In this document: piece by piece, positions 20,818 to 31,113 of the stretch
How the letters are laid out: the number at the start of each line of letters is the position of its first letter
How positions within the stretch are numbered: the first letter of the stretch is position 1
DNA from: an uncultured virus (IMG/VR IMGVR_UViG_3300008117_000258)
Taxonomy: Duplodnaviria; Heunggongvirae; Uroviricota; Caudoviricetes
Virus record (IMG/VR): IMGVR_UViG_3300008117_000258
Strand: one strand, 5' to 3'
Length of the DNA: 64,000 nucleotides
Program-made: the position numbers and the translations under genes
Notes under the pieces: model-generated
The model's database searches: none
What the model was told of the DNA's origin: nothing
The model's input: only the letters and a program-made list of their open reading frames with translations

Positions 20818-21258
20818 ATGGCTAAAGTACCGCTACCCGAAAGAGGGCAACCACTAGATGTAACATACATCTATCAACTTGCTGAAACAGTAAATGAACT
20901 TGCAACGCAAGTTTCTTCAGCAACCTATAACTATACAACAATAAACAATGGAGTTTCTGGAGCACAAAGCATTAAAACTTCAGAAACAAAAATGATTGGT
21001 GGATATGTTCAGGTTGCAAATAATGCTACAGTAACAGCGGCATCTGAAGTTTCTTTTTCTTATACTTTTGATGATTTTAAATATTCTCCAATTGTGTCAG
21101 CAACACCATACAACATTGGAAATACACCTGCTGGTCAAAATGTTTCCGTAATTTTAAAAACAATTACAACAAGCAAGGTTGAGGGTGTTGTTAGATTTGG
21201 TGCTTCTGGAGATTTATCTTTGGCAGTTCACCTAATTATTATTGGTATACCAAACTAA
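20818..21258 (+). CDS. Putative tail tip/fibre protein
   Basis: End of tail operon; own TGATATAAT promoter at 20800-20808; C-terminal beta domain. Confidence 0.5.
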   Translation: MAKVPLPERGQPLDVTYIYQLAETVNELATQVSSATYNYTTINNGVSGAQSIKTSETKMIGGYVQVANNATVTAASEVSFSYTFDDFKYSPIVSATPYNIGNTPAGQNVSVILKTITTSKVEGVVRFGASGDLSLAVHLIIIGIPN

Positions 21259-21276
21259 GAAAAACAAAGGGTAGAG

Positions 21277-21468
21277 ATGATTTTTTGCAAAAAATGCAAT
21301 GGAAGAACTTTTATTGATAGACAGTATACTTCTCAAATGCATGTTGAAACTTATTGTGTTCGCTGTGGTGAAAGAAAGTTTTATCATCCCCCACAGGACA
21401 GCAAGGAGGGCAGATGGCTACTGCTAAACGAAAAATACAGAGCGAAGAGTACAATAAGTCCACTGTAA
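21277..21468 (+). CDS. Zinc-ribbon protein
   Basis: CKKC...CVRC. Confidence 0.65.
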   Translation: MIFCKKCNGRTFIDRQYTSQMHVETYCVRCGERKFYHPPQDSKEGRWLLLNEKYRAKSTISPL

Positions 21469-21956
21469 TCAAGGGAAACCAAAAAATTTGGTTTTTGAAT
21501 AATGACTTAGTTAGAATTCATCATAGTTCTAGATCAACTGGAATGGTTTCTTTTTACAATATTACAAAAGATAGAATTGAAACTTGTTTGCGTACTGACT
21601 TTAGAAGAAATAGAGAAAGAGCGTATACTATATCAGAAACTGCTATTCTTGTCAATAGGCATAGAAAATATTTACCAAGATTAATTAAATCAGGAACAAT
21701 ACCTCCTCCAACTGGATCAAGAGTTGGCGGTAAAACTGGTTGGCAAGTAAGAGCATATTACTCTGAATCTCAAGTAAAAGAGATCCGTGCTATACTTGCA
21801 AGTATACATATTGGACAACCAAGAAAAGATGGATTGATAACAAATAATATGACTCCTACAACACAAGAGTTGACAAGACGCATGGGAGACGGTATACTTA
21901 CATATACAAAGACAGAAGACGGCAGATTTATTCCAGTATGGTCGGAAAGTATTTAA
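21414..21956 (+). CDS. MerR-like helix-turn-helix DNA-binding protein
   Basis: YTISETAILVNRHRKYLPRLIKSGTIPPP...RAYYSESQV pattern; GGAGG RBS. Confidence 0.65.
   Translation: MATAKRKIQSEEYNKSTVIKGNQKIWFLNNDLVRIHHSSRSTGMVSFYNITKDRIETCLRTDFRRNRERAYTISETAILVNRHRKYLPRLIKSGTIPPPTGSRVGGKTGWQVRAYYSESQVKEIRAILASIHIGQPRKDGLITNNMTPTTQELTRRMGDGILTYTKTEDGRFIPVWSESI
21870..21898 (+). promoter_or_regulatory. Sigma70-type promoter for the replication operon
   Basis: TTGACA-17 bp-TATACT inside the 3' end of the HTH gene. Confidence 0.75.
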
Positions 21957-21975
21957 CAATGAAAATAGGTGGGTA

Positions 21976-22182
21976 ATGGAAAACGATTCAACAAAAGTAA
22001 ACGTAACACTAGGCTATACACTTAATCTAGGTAACTTTCAATCGCTTAGACTTGATCTTGGCGTAGTTGATAGTAAGCGTGATGGTGAAACAACAAATGA
22101 GGCTTTTGAAAGAGTCTACAAGTTTGTTGAAGATAAACTAACCGAAAAAATTAATGAGGCTAAGGTAGAACTAGAAGAGTAA
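21976..22182 (+). CDS. Conserved small phage protein
   Basis: GYTLNLGNFQSLRLDLG motif; RBS; first gene of replication operon. Confidence 0.7.
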   Translation: MENDSTKVNVTLGYTLNLGNFQSLRLDLGVVDSKRDGETTNEAFERVYKFVEDKLTEKINEAKVELEE

Positions 22183-22490
22183 TGGCTGAGCGCAAAGACA
22201 GAATGGCTTTGCTCAGTCGCTACAATAAGTTTTATACGCAACGGTATGAGCGTAAGTCTAACATTAACCTAAACGTTGAACAATGGGCTGCAGATGCATT
22301 GGTTGAGTCTTATGGAATTTCTCAATGCTATGATCTTTTAGAATATTATTTTTCTATTGCCCAAGAACCTTCGTGGAATTATTTTGCTTACAATGCAGAA
22401 AAAATTCTTAATGGTAAACTAGAAGTAGAAGAAGATATTAAACAAAGAGCAGAACTAAGAAGGAAAGCAAAGGAGTGGCTGAGTGAATAA
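22182..22490 (+). CDS. Hypothetical protein (possible helicase partner)
   Basis: Coupled between previous gene and helicase. Confidence 0.6.
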   Translation: MAERKDRMALLSRYNKFYTQRYERKSNINLNVEQWAADALVESYGISQCYDLLEYYFSIAQEPSWNYFAYNAEKILNGKLEVEEDIKQRAELRRKAKEWLSE

Positions 22491-23706
22491 TACAGAAGCA
22501 AAAGTAATCTCCGCAGTCCTAGCAGACAAACAACTTCATGTTTTGCTTCAGGCAAATGTAGAAACATTACTTCGTACACATAATGATGTGTGGAATTTTA
22601 TTAGACTTTATGCAGAAAACAATGGGACAGTTCCTCCAACATCATTGGTTGTAGAAAAGTTTAGAGACTTTCAGCCAGTACAAGGAATTGGTGCAACAAA
22701 GCATCATCTTGAAGAACTACAGACAGAGTATCTTAATGACAGCCTAAAAGATATACTTAGATCAGCAGCAGGTGAAGTTCAAAATGGTCAAGGTACAACA
22801 GCACTAGAAGAACTAATTACAAAAACATCACAACTAAAAAAGAATACTTCTGCAATTCGTGATATTGATGCAACAGATATTGATTCTGCTATTGCATACT
22901 TTGAGCAAGTAAAAGAGCAGCAAGCATTAGGCAATAGAGGAATTAAAACAGGCTTGCCAGGTTTTGACAATTATCTTCCTTCTGGAATTATGCCAGGACA
23001 ACTTGGAGTCTTCCTTGCATATCCAGGTATTGGAAAGTCATGGATGGCTTTATACTTTGCTGTACAGGCTTGGAAACAAGGTAAGACACCTCTAATTATT
23101 TCTCTTGAGATGAGTGAGACAGAAGTTCGTAATCGTGTATTTACAATTATGGGTGAAGGTCTTTGGTCACACCGTAAACTATCAAATGGTGAAGTTGAAC
23201 TTGATATGATGAAGAAGTGGCATACCGATAGAATTGATGGTCGTCCACAGTTTCATATTATTTCTAATGATTCTGGCGGTGAAGTAAATCCATCAGTTAT
23301 TCGTGGAAAGATTGATCAGTATAAGCCAGACTTTGTTGTAGTTGATTATTTGCAATTGATGAGTCCAAACCAAAAGGCTGATAATGAAACGGTAAAGATG
23401 AAGAATCTTTCTCGTGAACTTAAACTAATGGCTATTAGTGAAGAAGTTCCTATTATTGCTATCTCATCTGCTACACCAGACGATGTAAAAGATTTATCTA
23501 CAGTTCCAACACTTGCACAAACAGCATGGTCAAGACAAATTGCTTATGATGCTGATTGGGTTTTAGCATTGGGTCGTGCAACCAATAGCGACATTATTGA
23601 ATGTGCATTTAGAAAAAATCGTAATGGTTTTATGGGAGATTTTTTAGTGCAGTGTGATTTTGATAAAGGATATTACCGATATAAGGATTTTGAAGATGGC
23701 AAATAA
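22483..23706 (+). CDS. dnaB: DnaB-like replicative helicase
   Basis: Walker A AYPGIGKS, SLEM, VVVDYLQLM, IAYDAD, KNRNG. Confidence 0.93.
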   Translation: MNNTEAKVISAVLADKQLHVLLQANVETLLRTHNDVWNFIRLYAENNGTVPPTSLVVEKFRDFQPVQGIGATKHHLEELQTEYLNDSLKDILRSAAGEVQNGQGTTALEELITKTSQLKKNTSAIRDIDATDIDSAIAYFEQVKEQQALGNRGIKTGLPGFDNYLPSGIMPGQLGVFLAYPGIGKSWMALYFAVQAWKQGKTPLIISLEMSETEVRNRVFTIMGEGLWSHRKLSNGEVELDMMKKWHTDRIDGRPQFHIISNDSGGEVNPSVIRGKIDQYKPDFVVVDYLQLMSPNQKADNETVKMKNLSRELKLMAISEEVPIIAISSATPDDVKDLSTVPTLAQTAWSRQIAYDADWVLALGRATNSDIIECAFRKNRNGFMGDFLVQCDFDKGYYRYKDFEDGK

Positions 23707-24622
23707 AGAACTTTATACAGAAGAACAAATTCGTCGTGTACTTAACGGTGCTGGTATTGATATTGAAGCAGAGTTTGGATCTGATTTTATTATTTTTTGC
23801 CCATACCACAATAACAATAGAACACCTGCTGGAGAAGTTTCTAAAGACCACGGATTGTTCTTTTGTTTTGGCTGTCAAACTACAAAAAATTTAACTGAGT
23901 TAATAATGTTTACTTCTAATAGAACATATTTTGAGGCAGTTCGTTACATTAAAAGTAAAGAACAAGAGTCTGACATAACATCAGTTATAAATAAAACTCT
24001 TTATACTCCAGCAGATTTTGTTCAGTATGATGAATTACTTATAAAAAGATTAAATAATCAAGCATTAGAATCACCAAGGGCAATGAGGTATTTTGAGGGT
24101 CGCAGCATAACAAAAGATTCTGTGGTAAAATTTAATCTTGGGTATTCAGAAAAACAAGACTCTGTGACAATACCAGTTGCTACTCCAGATGGAATGTGCA
24201 TAGGTTTTGTTGCTAGAACAATTGAAGGAAAAGACTTTAAGAATACTCCAGGATTACCTAAAAGCAAGATTTTGTTTAACTTGCACAAAGTTAAAACATC
24301 AACAACAGTCTATGTGGTTGAATCTTCATTTGATGCTATTAGACTTGATCAAGTAGGTTTCCCAGCAGTTGCAACACTGGGTGCTAACGTATCTGTTTCA
24401 CAGATCAAACTGTTAGAAAAGTACTTCAATAATGTTGTGCTTGTTGCGGACAACGATGAGGCTGGATCTATAATGAAAGATAAACTAGTTGAAAAACTAG
24501 GAAGCCTTGTCACAGTAATACAACTAGATAAAAAATATAAAGATATAGGCGATATGAGTAATGAAGAAATTAAAAAGTTGGAGTTTCAATTTGACAATTC
24601 AATCATTGCTATGCTAAAATAA
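23696..24622 (+). CDS. dnaG: DNA primase (CHC2 zinc finger + TOPRIM)
   Basis: CPYH...CFGC, VVESSFDA, ADNDEAG, KDIGD; start taken at ATG 23696. Confidence 0.9.
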   Translation: MANKELYTEEQIRRVLNGAGIDIEAEFGSDFIIFCPYHNNNRTPAGEVSKDHGLFFCFGCQTTKNLTELIMFTSNRTYFEAVRYIKSKEQESDITSVINKTLYTPADFVQYDELLIKRLNNQALESPRAMRYFEGRSITKDSVVKFNLGYSEKQDSVTIPVATPDGMCIGFVARTIEGKDFKNTPGLPKSKILFNLHKVKTSTTVYVVESSFDAIRLDQVGFPAVATLGANVSVSQIKLLEKYFNNVVLVADNDEAGSIMKDKLVEKLGSLVTVIQLDKKYKDIGDMSNEEIKKLEFQFDNSIIAMLK

Positions 24623-24653
24623 AACATAAACAAAACATATAGGAGAAAATATA

Positions 24654-25307
24654 ATGGCTATTGTAAAGGGACTAAAAAATATCAATGCATTGGTAGATAA
24701 GCCCAAGTACGAAAGTAATGGAACAAAGGTTCGTTGGCTAAAGTTAGCAGATGGACAATCAGTCAAGATTCGTTTTATTGAAGAACTTGACGAAGACTCA
24801 GCAAATTATAATGAGACCCGTGGTCTCGCACTTGTTGTTTCAGAACACACAAATCCAAAGGACTATAAGCGTAAGGCTGTAGACACAATGGACACAGAAG
24901 GTCGTGACTGGGCAGAAGAAATGCACCGCAAGGATCCAAAGGCTGGCTGGAGAGCACGTCTTCGTTTCTATTGCAATGTACTTGTAGATGATGGCATTGA
25001 AGCACCATATGTTGCTATTTGGTCAATGGGTGTTAGCAAGCAGTCTGCATTTAATACTATTCGTGAATACGCACTTGAGACAGGCAGTATTTCAAATCTT
25101 ACTTGGAAGGTAAAGCGTAATGGTCAGGGAACTGAAACATCGTACACACTTATTCCAGGTACGCCAGATAAGGAACCATTTGACTGGAGCACAGTTGAAC
25201 CGTTTCCTTTGGAAAGAGCACTAAATAAAATTCCTTATGCTGAGCAAGAGGCATTTTATCTAGGCTTTGATACACCTAATGCCAATTCAGCAAGCATTGA
25301 TTGGTAA
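24654..25307 (+). CDS. Single-stranded DNA-binding protein (gp32-like)
   Basis: LADGQSVKIRF, KRNGQGTETSY, acidic/aromatic C-terminus IDW; between primase and polymerase. Confidence 0.7.
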   Translation: MAIVKGLKNINALVDKPKYESNGTKVRWLKLADGQSVKIRFIEELDEDSANYNETRGLALVVSEHTNPKDYKRKAVDTMDTEGRDWAEEMHRKDPKAGWRARLRFYCNVLVDDGIEAPYVAIWSMGVSKQSAFNTIREYALETGSISNLTWKVKRNGQGTETSYTLIPGTPDKEPFDWSTVEPFPLERALNKIPYAEQEAFYLGFDTPNANSASIDW

Positions 25308-25314
25308 TTAGTAG

Positions 25315-28300
25315 GTGAATTACGTAGGTTTGCATGTCCATACACACTACTCCTTGATGGATGGTGTTGCTACTCCAGAAGAATACGTGAACCGTGCAGT
25401 TGAGTTAGGAATGACAGCAATTGCCATTACTGACCACGGTACTTTATCTGGGCATAGGGAACTGCACCGTATTGCAAAAGCAAATGGAATCAAACCTATT
25501 CTTGGCATAGAAGGCTATTTGGCACTAGATAGACATGATAAAAGGGATAAGTCCGAAAGGGTAGGTCCACTTGATGTTAACTACTTCCATATAGTTCTTC
25601 TTGCCAAGAACCAACAAGGTTTAGAAAACCTTAATAAGTTAAATGAAATTTCATGGACAGATGGTTTTTATCGTAAACCACGTATTGATTTTGAAGTGCT
25701 TGATAAGTATGGCGATGGATTAATTGTTTTATCTGCTTGTCAAGGTGGATTAATTGCAAAGGCTATTGAGAATGAAGAATATGCTTTTGCAAAAGAAAAA
25801 GTTCAATGGTTTAAGAATCGTTTTAAAGATGATTTTTATATTGAGTTAATGCCACACAATCCAAAAAACATTAATGATGAACTTGTGGCATTAGCAAAAG
25901 CATTTAATGTAAAGGTAGTCGTAACGCCAGACTGTCACCATTCTGATACAAGTCAAAAAGAAATTCAGGAGATGATGCTCCTATTAAATACACACGGTAA
26001 AGTATTAAAAGATTCAACCTTTGAAAAATCAAAAAAGGTTGATAACATGATGGAAAGATTAGATTATCTTTATGGTGCAGATCGCCAAATGTCTTTCCGT
26101 ACTTTTGACATTCACCTTCTTTCATATGAAGAAATGAAGTCTGCAATGGCAGAACAGGGTCATACAGATGAAGAAATGTTTATCAGTTCTATTGAAATTG
26201 CAGACAAAGTTGAAGACTATGACATTAAGTCTGGGCTTGACCTACTTCCAGTTCAATACAAGAAGCCAATGGAAGAGTTAAAAAACCTTGCGATTGAAGG
26301 TTTAACTGAGCGTGGACTAGAAAATAACCAAGAATATCTTGACCGTCTTGAAGAAGAACTAACCATTATTGGTGAAAAGAATTTTGGACCTTACTTCCTT
26401 GTTGTTCGTAACATGCTTAACTGGGCAAAGAAGGAAGGAATTATGGTAGGGCCTGGTCGTGGGTCTGCAGCAGGTTCACTACTTTGTTATGCTCTTGGCA
26501 TTACAGACATTGATCCCATTAAGCATGGGCTTTTGTTCTTCCGATTTATTAATCCAGAAAGAAATGACTTTCCAGATATTGACTCCGATATCCAAGATAA
26601 CCGTCGTGACGAAGTAAAAGATTATTTAGTTAGACAGTATCGCCATGTTGCTTCAATTGCAACATTTATGCAGTTTAAAGATAAAAATATTGTAAAGGAT
26701 GTTTCTCGTGTATTAAATATTCCTCTTGCAGATGCAAACAAGGTTAATAAGCAAATTGATACTTGGGATGAATACTGCACGTCAAAAAGCGCACAGTGGT
26801 TTCGTGAAAAATATCCAGAAGTAGAAATATACGGAGAACAACTTCGTGGTCGCATCAAGGGAACAGGAATTCATGCTGCAGGAGTTGTAACGTCTAAAGA
26901 TCCAATTTTTAGATACGCACCAATGGAAACACGTTCTGTTGCTGGACAAGATGATCGCATTCCTGTTGTTGCCGTTGATATGGGAGAAGCAGAAAATATT
27001 GGACTTATCAAGATTGATGCTTTGGGCCTTAAAACTTTAACGGTACTTAAGGACTGCATTGATATCATTAAAGAGCGTGAAGGAACAAAGATTGACCTAT
27101 TAAAGATAAACATGGATGATGCCAATGTATATAATATGCTTTCAGATGGCTATACAAAGGGTGTGTTTCAATGTGAAGCAGCACCATACACAAATCTTCT
27201 TGTTAAGATGCGTGTAAAAAATCTTGAAGAACTTGCTGCATCTAATGCTCTTGTTCGTCCTGGTGCTATGAATACAATTGGAAAAGATTATATTGCAATT
27301 AAGCATGGTCGTCAAAATCCAGATTATAAGCATCAGATTCTTAAAACATTTACGGAGGAAACTTATGGTTGTATTCTTTACCAGGAACAAGTTATGCAAG
27401 CATGCGTACACCTTGGCGGTATGTCCATGTCGGAAGCAGATAAAGTTAGAAAGATCATTGGAAAGAAAAAAGATGCTAAGGAATTTGATGTTTTCAAAGA
27501 TCAATTTATTAAAGGTGCTTCGCAATATGTTTCGCCAAACCAAGCCCTAGATTTATGGCATGACTTTGAGGCTCACGCAGGGTACTCATTTAACAAGTCT
27601 CACGCAGTAGCATATTCAACACTGTCATACTGGACAGCATGGTTAAAATACCATTATCCATTAGAGTTTATGTATTCACTATTAAAGAATGAAAAGGATA
27701 AAGATGCACGTACTGAGTACCTTATTGAAGCAAAAAGAATGGGAATCAGCATTAAGTTACCTCACATTAACGAGTCAGATATTGACTTTAAGATTGAAGG
27801 TAAAGGTATACGCTTTGGTTTGTCAAGTATTAAGTTTATTTCCGATAAAATTGCTCAAAGATACATTGATGCTAGACCTTTTAAGTCATACGCTCAACTT
27901 GAGGAGTTTACTTTTACTAAAGGAAACGGAGTTAACAGCCGTGCTCTTCAAGCATTACGAATTATTGGTGCAGCAACATTTGAAGACAGCCCACGTAATG
28001 ATCAAGAGATTAAAGAAAATCTATACGAGTATTTAAATCTTCCTGAGTTTAATATGCCAGTACCTCAGCACTATTATGCTTATATCCAAGAAGCAGAAGA
28101 TTATGAAGAAACTGGATCATTTGTTATGCTTGGAATGATTAAATCAATTAAACGTGGTAAGGGTTGGTCAAGAGTTGAATTTCTTGACAAAACTGGTAGT
28201 GTTGGAATATTTGATGATGAAAATACAACCATTGAAACTGGTAAAACTTATTTAATTCTTGTTAGTGATAACAGAATTGTTAACTCAGTTCCAGCAGATC

Positions 28301-28752
28301 AGATTAAAGAATCTAAAGATCCTTTGGTTAAATTTTTAAATTACAAACAATTGCCATACAAAGGTGAAGAGCAGTTTGTGGTGTCTTTTAAGCCTAGAGT
28401 TACCAAGGCTGGAAAGAAAATGGCAAACCTTGTAGTAGCAGATGCTGGAAGAGAACTTCATTCAGTTCTTTTTTGGGGAAGCCCAGAAGATAATGATGCA
28501 GTTAATGATATCTTTATTGCAAAGCAGTGCATGATGATTGTCTCAGAAGTAACTGAGGTTATGGAGGCTGTTCGTAAAGATAAAGGTGGAGAAGAGATTG
28601 CTAAAGAGTTTGCAGATATTATTATTCGCACACTAGACCTTTATGCAGGAATGGTTGAGGCAGGGTATACTAGAGAATCACTTGATTATATTCTAAAACA
28701 AAAAACAGAATTTAATAAGACTAGACCAGAGAAACATGGGGTACGATTTTAA
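25315..28752 (+). CDS. dnaE: DNA polymerase III alpha subunit with C-terminal in-frame MazG-like segment
   Basis: PHP motifs HVHTHYS, TDHG; GRGSAAGS; PDIDSD; YSFNKSH; last ~93 aa are MazG-like. Confidence 0.93.
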   Translation: MNYVGLHVHTHYSLMDGVATPEEYVNRAVELGMTAIAITDHGTLSGHRELHRIAKANGIKPILGIEGYLALDRHDKRDKSERVGPLDVNYFHIVLLAKNQQGLENLNKLNEISWTDGFYRKPRIDFEVLDKYGDGLIVLSACQGGLIAKAIENEEYAFAKEKVQWFKNRFKDDFYIELMPHNPKNINDELVALAKAFNVKVVVTPDCHHSDTSQKEIQEMMLLLNTHGKVLKDSTFEKSKKVDNMMERLDYLYGADRQMSFRTFDIHLLSYEEMKSAMAEQGHTDEEMFISSIEIADKVEDYDIKSGLDLLPVQYKKPMEELKNLAIEGLTERGLENNQEYLDRLEEELTIIGEKNFGPYFLVVRNMLNWAKKEGIMVGPGRGSAAGSLLCYALGITDIDPIKHGLLFFRFINPERNDFPDIDSDIQDNRRDEVKDYLVRQYRHVASIATFMQFKDKNIVKDVSRVLNIPLADANKVNKQIDTWDEYCTSKSAQWFREKYPEVEIYGEQLRGRIKGTGIHAAGVVTSKDPIFRYAPMETRSVAGQDDRIPVVAVDMGEAENIGLIKIDALGLKTLTVLKDCIDIIKEREGTKIDLLKINMDDANVYNMLSDGYTKGVFQCEAAPYTNLLVKMRVKNLEELAASNALVRPGAMNTIGKDYIAIKHGRQNPDYKHQILKTFTEETYGCILYQEQVMQACVHLGGMSMSEADKVRKIIGKKKDAKEFDVFKDQFIKGASQYVSPNQALDLWHDFEAHAGYSFNKSHAVAYSTLSYWTAWLKYHYPLEFMYSLLKNEKDKDARTEYLIEAKRMGISIKLPHINESDIDFKIEGKGIRFGLSSIKFISDKIAQRYIDARPFKSYAQLEEFTFTKGNGVNSRALQALRIIGAATFEDSPRNDQEIKENLYEYLNLPEFNMPVPQHYYAYIQEAEDYEETGSFVMLGMIKSIKRGKGWSRVEFLDKTGSVGIFDDENTTIETGKTYLILVSDNRIVNSVPADQIKESKDPLVKFLNYKQLPYKGEEQFVVSFKPRVTKAGKKMANLVVADAGRELHSVLFWGSPEDNDAVNDIFIAKQCMMIVSEVTEVMEAVRKDKGGEEIAKEFADIIIRTLDLYAGMVEAGYTRESLDYILKQKTEFNKTRPEKHGVRF
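28471..28752 (+). other. MazG-like NTP pyrophosphohydrolase domain, in frame with DnaE and lacking its own start
   Basis: SEVTEVMEAVRK...EEIAKEFADIIIRTLDL...KTEFNKTRPEKHG (ExxE...ExxD). Confidence 0.8.
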
Positions 28753-29765
28753 TGTCAGTAACAATGGAAGAGGTATTAGCACAGTTAGATCCAAGAATTC
28801 GTAAACGTCTTGGTGATGCAACAAATCAAAAGGTTGAATGTGCATCAACGCCTAGTTTTGGTCTTAATAGGGCATTAAAGGGTGGACTTCCATATGGTCG
28901 TCAAGTACTTATTTGGGGTTCAAAATCATCAGCCAAGTCCTCTTTGTGTCTTCAAATGATTGGTGAAGCACAAAAAGAAGGAAAGATTTGTGCATGGATT
29001 GATGCAGAAATGTCATATGATTCAGAATGGGCTGAAAAACTTGGAGTAGATTCAACAAAACTTATTTATTCACAAGCAAGAACTATTAATGAAATGGTGG
29101 ATGTAGGTACAAGCCTTATGAATGCTGGAGTTGATATAATTGTAGTAGACAGCATTACATCCCTGCTACCTGCTATTTATTTTGAGAAGGATACAGATGA
29201 ACTCAAGCAACTTGAAAACACAAAACAAATTGGTGCGGAATCAAGAGACTTTAGTAATGCTTGGAAAATGCTTAATTACGCTAACAATAAAGTCAAGCCT
29301 ACTTTGCTTGTTCTTATTTCTCAGTCTCGCAATAACATTAGTGCTATGTATACTAGCCAGCAGCCTTCTGGTGGTCAGGCTACTAAGTTTTATTCCTCTA
29401 CAGTTATTAAACTATTTTCTTCAGAGTCAGACAATCAAGCAATTAAAGGAAAGATTCAGGTAGGAGATAAACTAATTGAAGAGAAAATTGGTCGCAAAAT
29501 TAAATGGGAACTACAATTTTCTAAAACATCTGCTGGTTTCCAAAGCGGTGAATACGATTTTTATTTCAGGGGTGACAACATTGGTATTGATGGTATTGGT
29601 GATCTTGTTGATACTGCTGAACTTGCTGGAATCGTAGAACGCACAGGCGCTTGGTATAAACTTGAAGATGGCACAAAGGTACAAGGAAGAGAAGGCTTCA
29701 TTAATCGTGTCAAGGAAGACCTTGATTTGCAAGAATCTCTTAGAAGTAAGTTGATTAATGTCTAA
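28752..29765 (+). CDS. recA: RecA/UvsX-like recombinase
   Basis: GGLPYGR, variant Walker A GSKSSAKS, WIDAE, IVVDS, GAWY. Confidence 0.9.
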   Translation: MSVTMEEVLAQLDPRIRKRLGDATNQKVECASTPSFGLNRALKGGLPYGRQVLIWGSKSSAKSSLCLQMIGEAQKEGKICAWIDAEMSYDSEWAEKLGVDSTKLIYSQARTINEMVDVGTSLMNAGVDIIVVDSITSLLPAIYFEKDTDELKQLENTKQIGAESRDFSNAWKMLNYANNKVKPTLLVLISQSRNNISAMYTSQQPSGGQATKFYSSTVIKLFSSESDNQAIKGKIQVGDKLIEEKIGRKIKWELQFSKTSAGFQSGEYDFYFRGDNIGIDGIGDLVDTAELAGIVERTGAWYKLEDGTKVQGREGFINRVKEDLDLQESLRSKLINV

Positions 29766-29940
29766 AGATTTTTCTGTTTATTCAGGCAAATGGCCTTGCA
29801 AAACCTGCTCTGAGGTTGTACTAACCTTAAGGCTATGGCCTGAGTCTGGAGACGCTACTTGGATGTGTTCTAAAAAACACTTATCTAAAGTAAATTTAAT
29901 ACCTACAAAAAAGAAAAAGAAAGACTTTAAAAGTGAGTGA
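29758..29940 (+). CDS. Small zinc-binding protein
   Basis: CKTC...CSKKH; overlaps neighbours in operon. Confidence 0.6.
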   Translation: MSKDFSVYSGKWPCKTCSEVVLTLRLWPESGDATWMCSKKHLSKVNLIPTKKKKKDFKSE

Positions 29941-30217
29941 GAGATCAGAGTCAAAAAGAATTAATGCCAAACAGCATAAAAATTCTGGACGTAATATGAA
30001 AAAGGGTGATGCTACTTGGAAAAATTTTACTGTTGATTTTAAAGAATATCCAAAAGGTATAACTATAAACAAAGACATTTGGGCAAAGGCTGTAACAGAT
30101 GCAATAAAAAATCATAACGATCCAGCAATTTTTATTGTGCTAGGTGAGGCAGACTCAAAGGTTCGTCTTGCTGTAATAGAGTTAGAAATATTAGAACAGT
30201 TGTTGGAGGAAAAATGA
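29933..30217 (+). CDS. PD-(D/E)XK Holliday-junction-resolvase-like nuclease
   Basis: NSGR...KGDA...VDFKE motif. Confidence 0.65.
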   Translation: MSERSESKRINAKQHKNSGRNMKKGDATWKNFTVDFKEYPKGITINKDIWAKAVTDAIKNHNDPAIFIVLGEADSKVRLAVIELEILEQLLEEK

Positions 30218-31113
30218 AATCATTAGTAACTGGTGGTGCAGGTTTTATTGGATCAAACATTGTAAACAAATTAATTGAACTTGGTCATGATGTTGTCGTG
30301 ATTGATAATGAATCATCAGATGCACATGAAAGACCCTACTGGAACATAAAAGCAAAAAATTATAAAAAAGATATTTGTGATTATTTAAGCACAAGAGAAC
30401 TATACGATGGTGTTGATTATGTGTTTCATTTGGCAGCAGAAGCAAGAATACAACCAACAATAAACAATCCAGTAAAAGCGACAATGACTAATACACTTGG
30501 AACAAATGTTGTACTTCAATGTTCTCGTGAGGCAGGAGTAAAAAGAGTTATGTATTCTTCAACATCCGCAGCCTACGGCAGAAATAATATTCCAAACATA
30601 GAGTCACAAAATGACGACTGTTTAAATCCATACTCTGTATCAAAGGTTAATGGAGAAAAACTTTGTAAAATGTATACAGACCTTTTTGGATTACAAACTA
30701 TTATTTTTAGATATTTTAATGTTTATGGAAATAATCAACCAGTGCGTGGTCAATATGCTCCAGTTATGGGAATTTTTGGAAGGCAAAAATCTGAAGGAGA
30801 CTTACTAACAATTGTTGGGGATGGTGAACAGCGTAGGGATTTTGTCAATGTGTTAGATATAGTTAATGCTAATATATTGGCATCAACTGCAAACATAGAC
30901 AAAGAATACATGGGAACAGTTTTTAATATAGGTTCTGGAGTTAGTTACTCTGTAAATGAAATTGCTAAAATGTATAATCATCCATTTGTAAATGTGCCAC
31001 AAAGAACTGGGGAGATGCGTGAAACATTAGCAAACACCGAAAAAGCAAAAAAAATTCTTGGTTGGAGTGCTACAATAAATATAGAAAAATGGTTAGGGGA
31101 ACAAAATGTCTGA
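30214..31113 (+). CDS. NAD-dependent sugar-nucleotide epimerase/dehydratase
   Basis: TGGAGFIGS, HLAA, YSVSK, RYFNVYG, GDGEQRRDF. Confidence 0.92.
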   Translation: MKSLVTGGAGFIGSNIVNKLIELGHDVVVIDNESSDAHERPYWNIKAKNYKKDICDYLSTRELYDGVDYVFHLAAEARIQPTINNPVKATMTNTLGTNVVLQCSREAGVKRVMYSSTSAAYGRNNIPNIESQNDDCLNPYSVSKVNGEKLCKMYTDLFGLQTIIFRYFNVYGNNQPVRGQYAPVMGIFGRQKSEGDLLTIVGDGEQRRDFVNVLDIVNANILASTANIDKEYMGTVFNIGSGVSYSVNEIAKMYNHPFVNVPQRTGEMRETLANTEKAKKILGWSATINIEKWLGEQNV

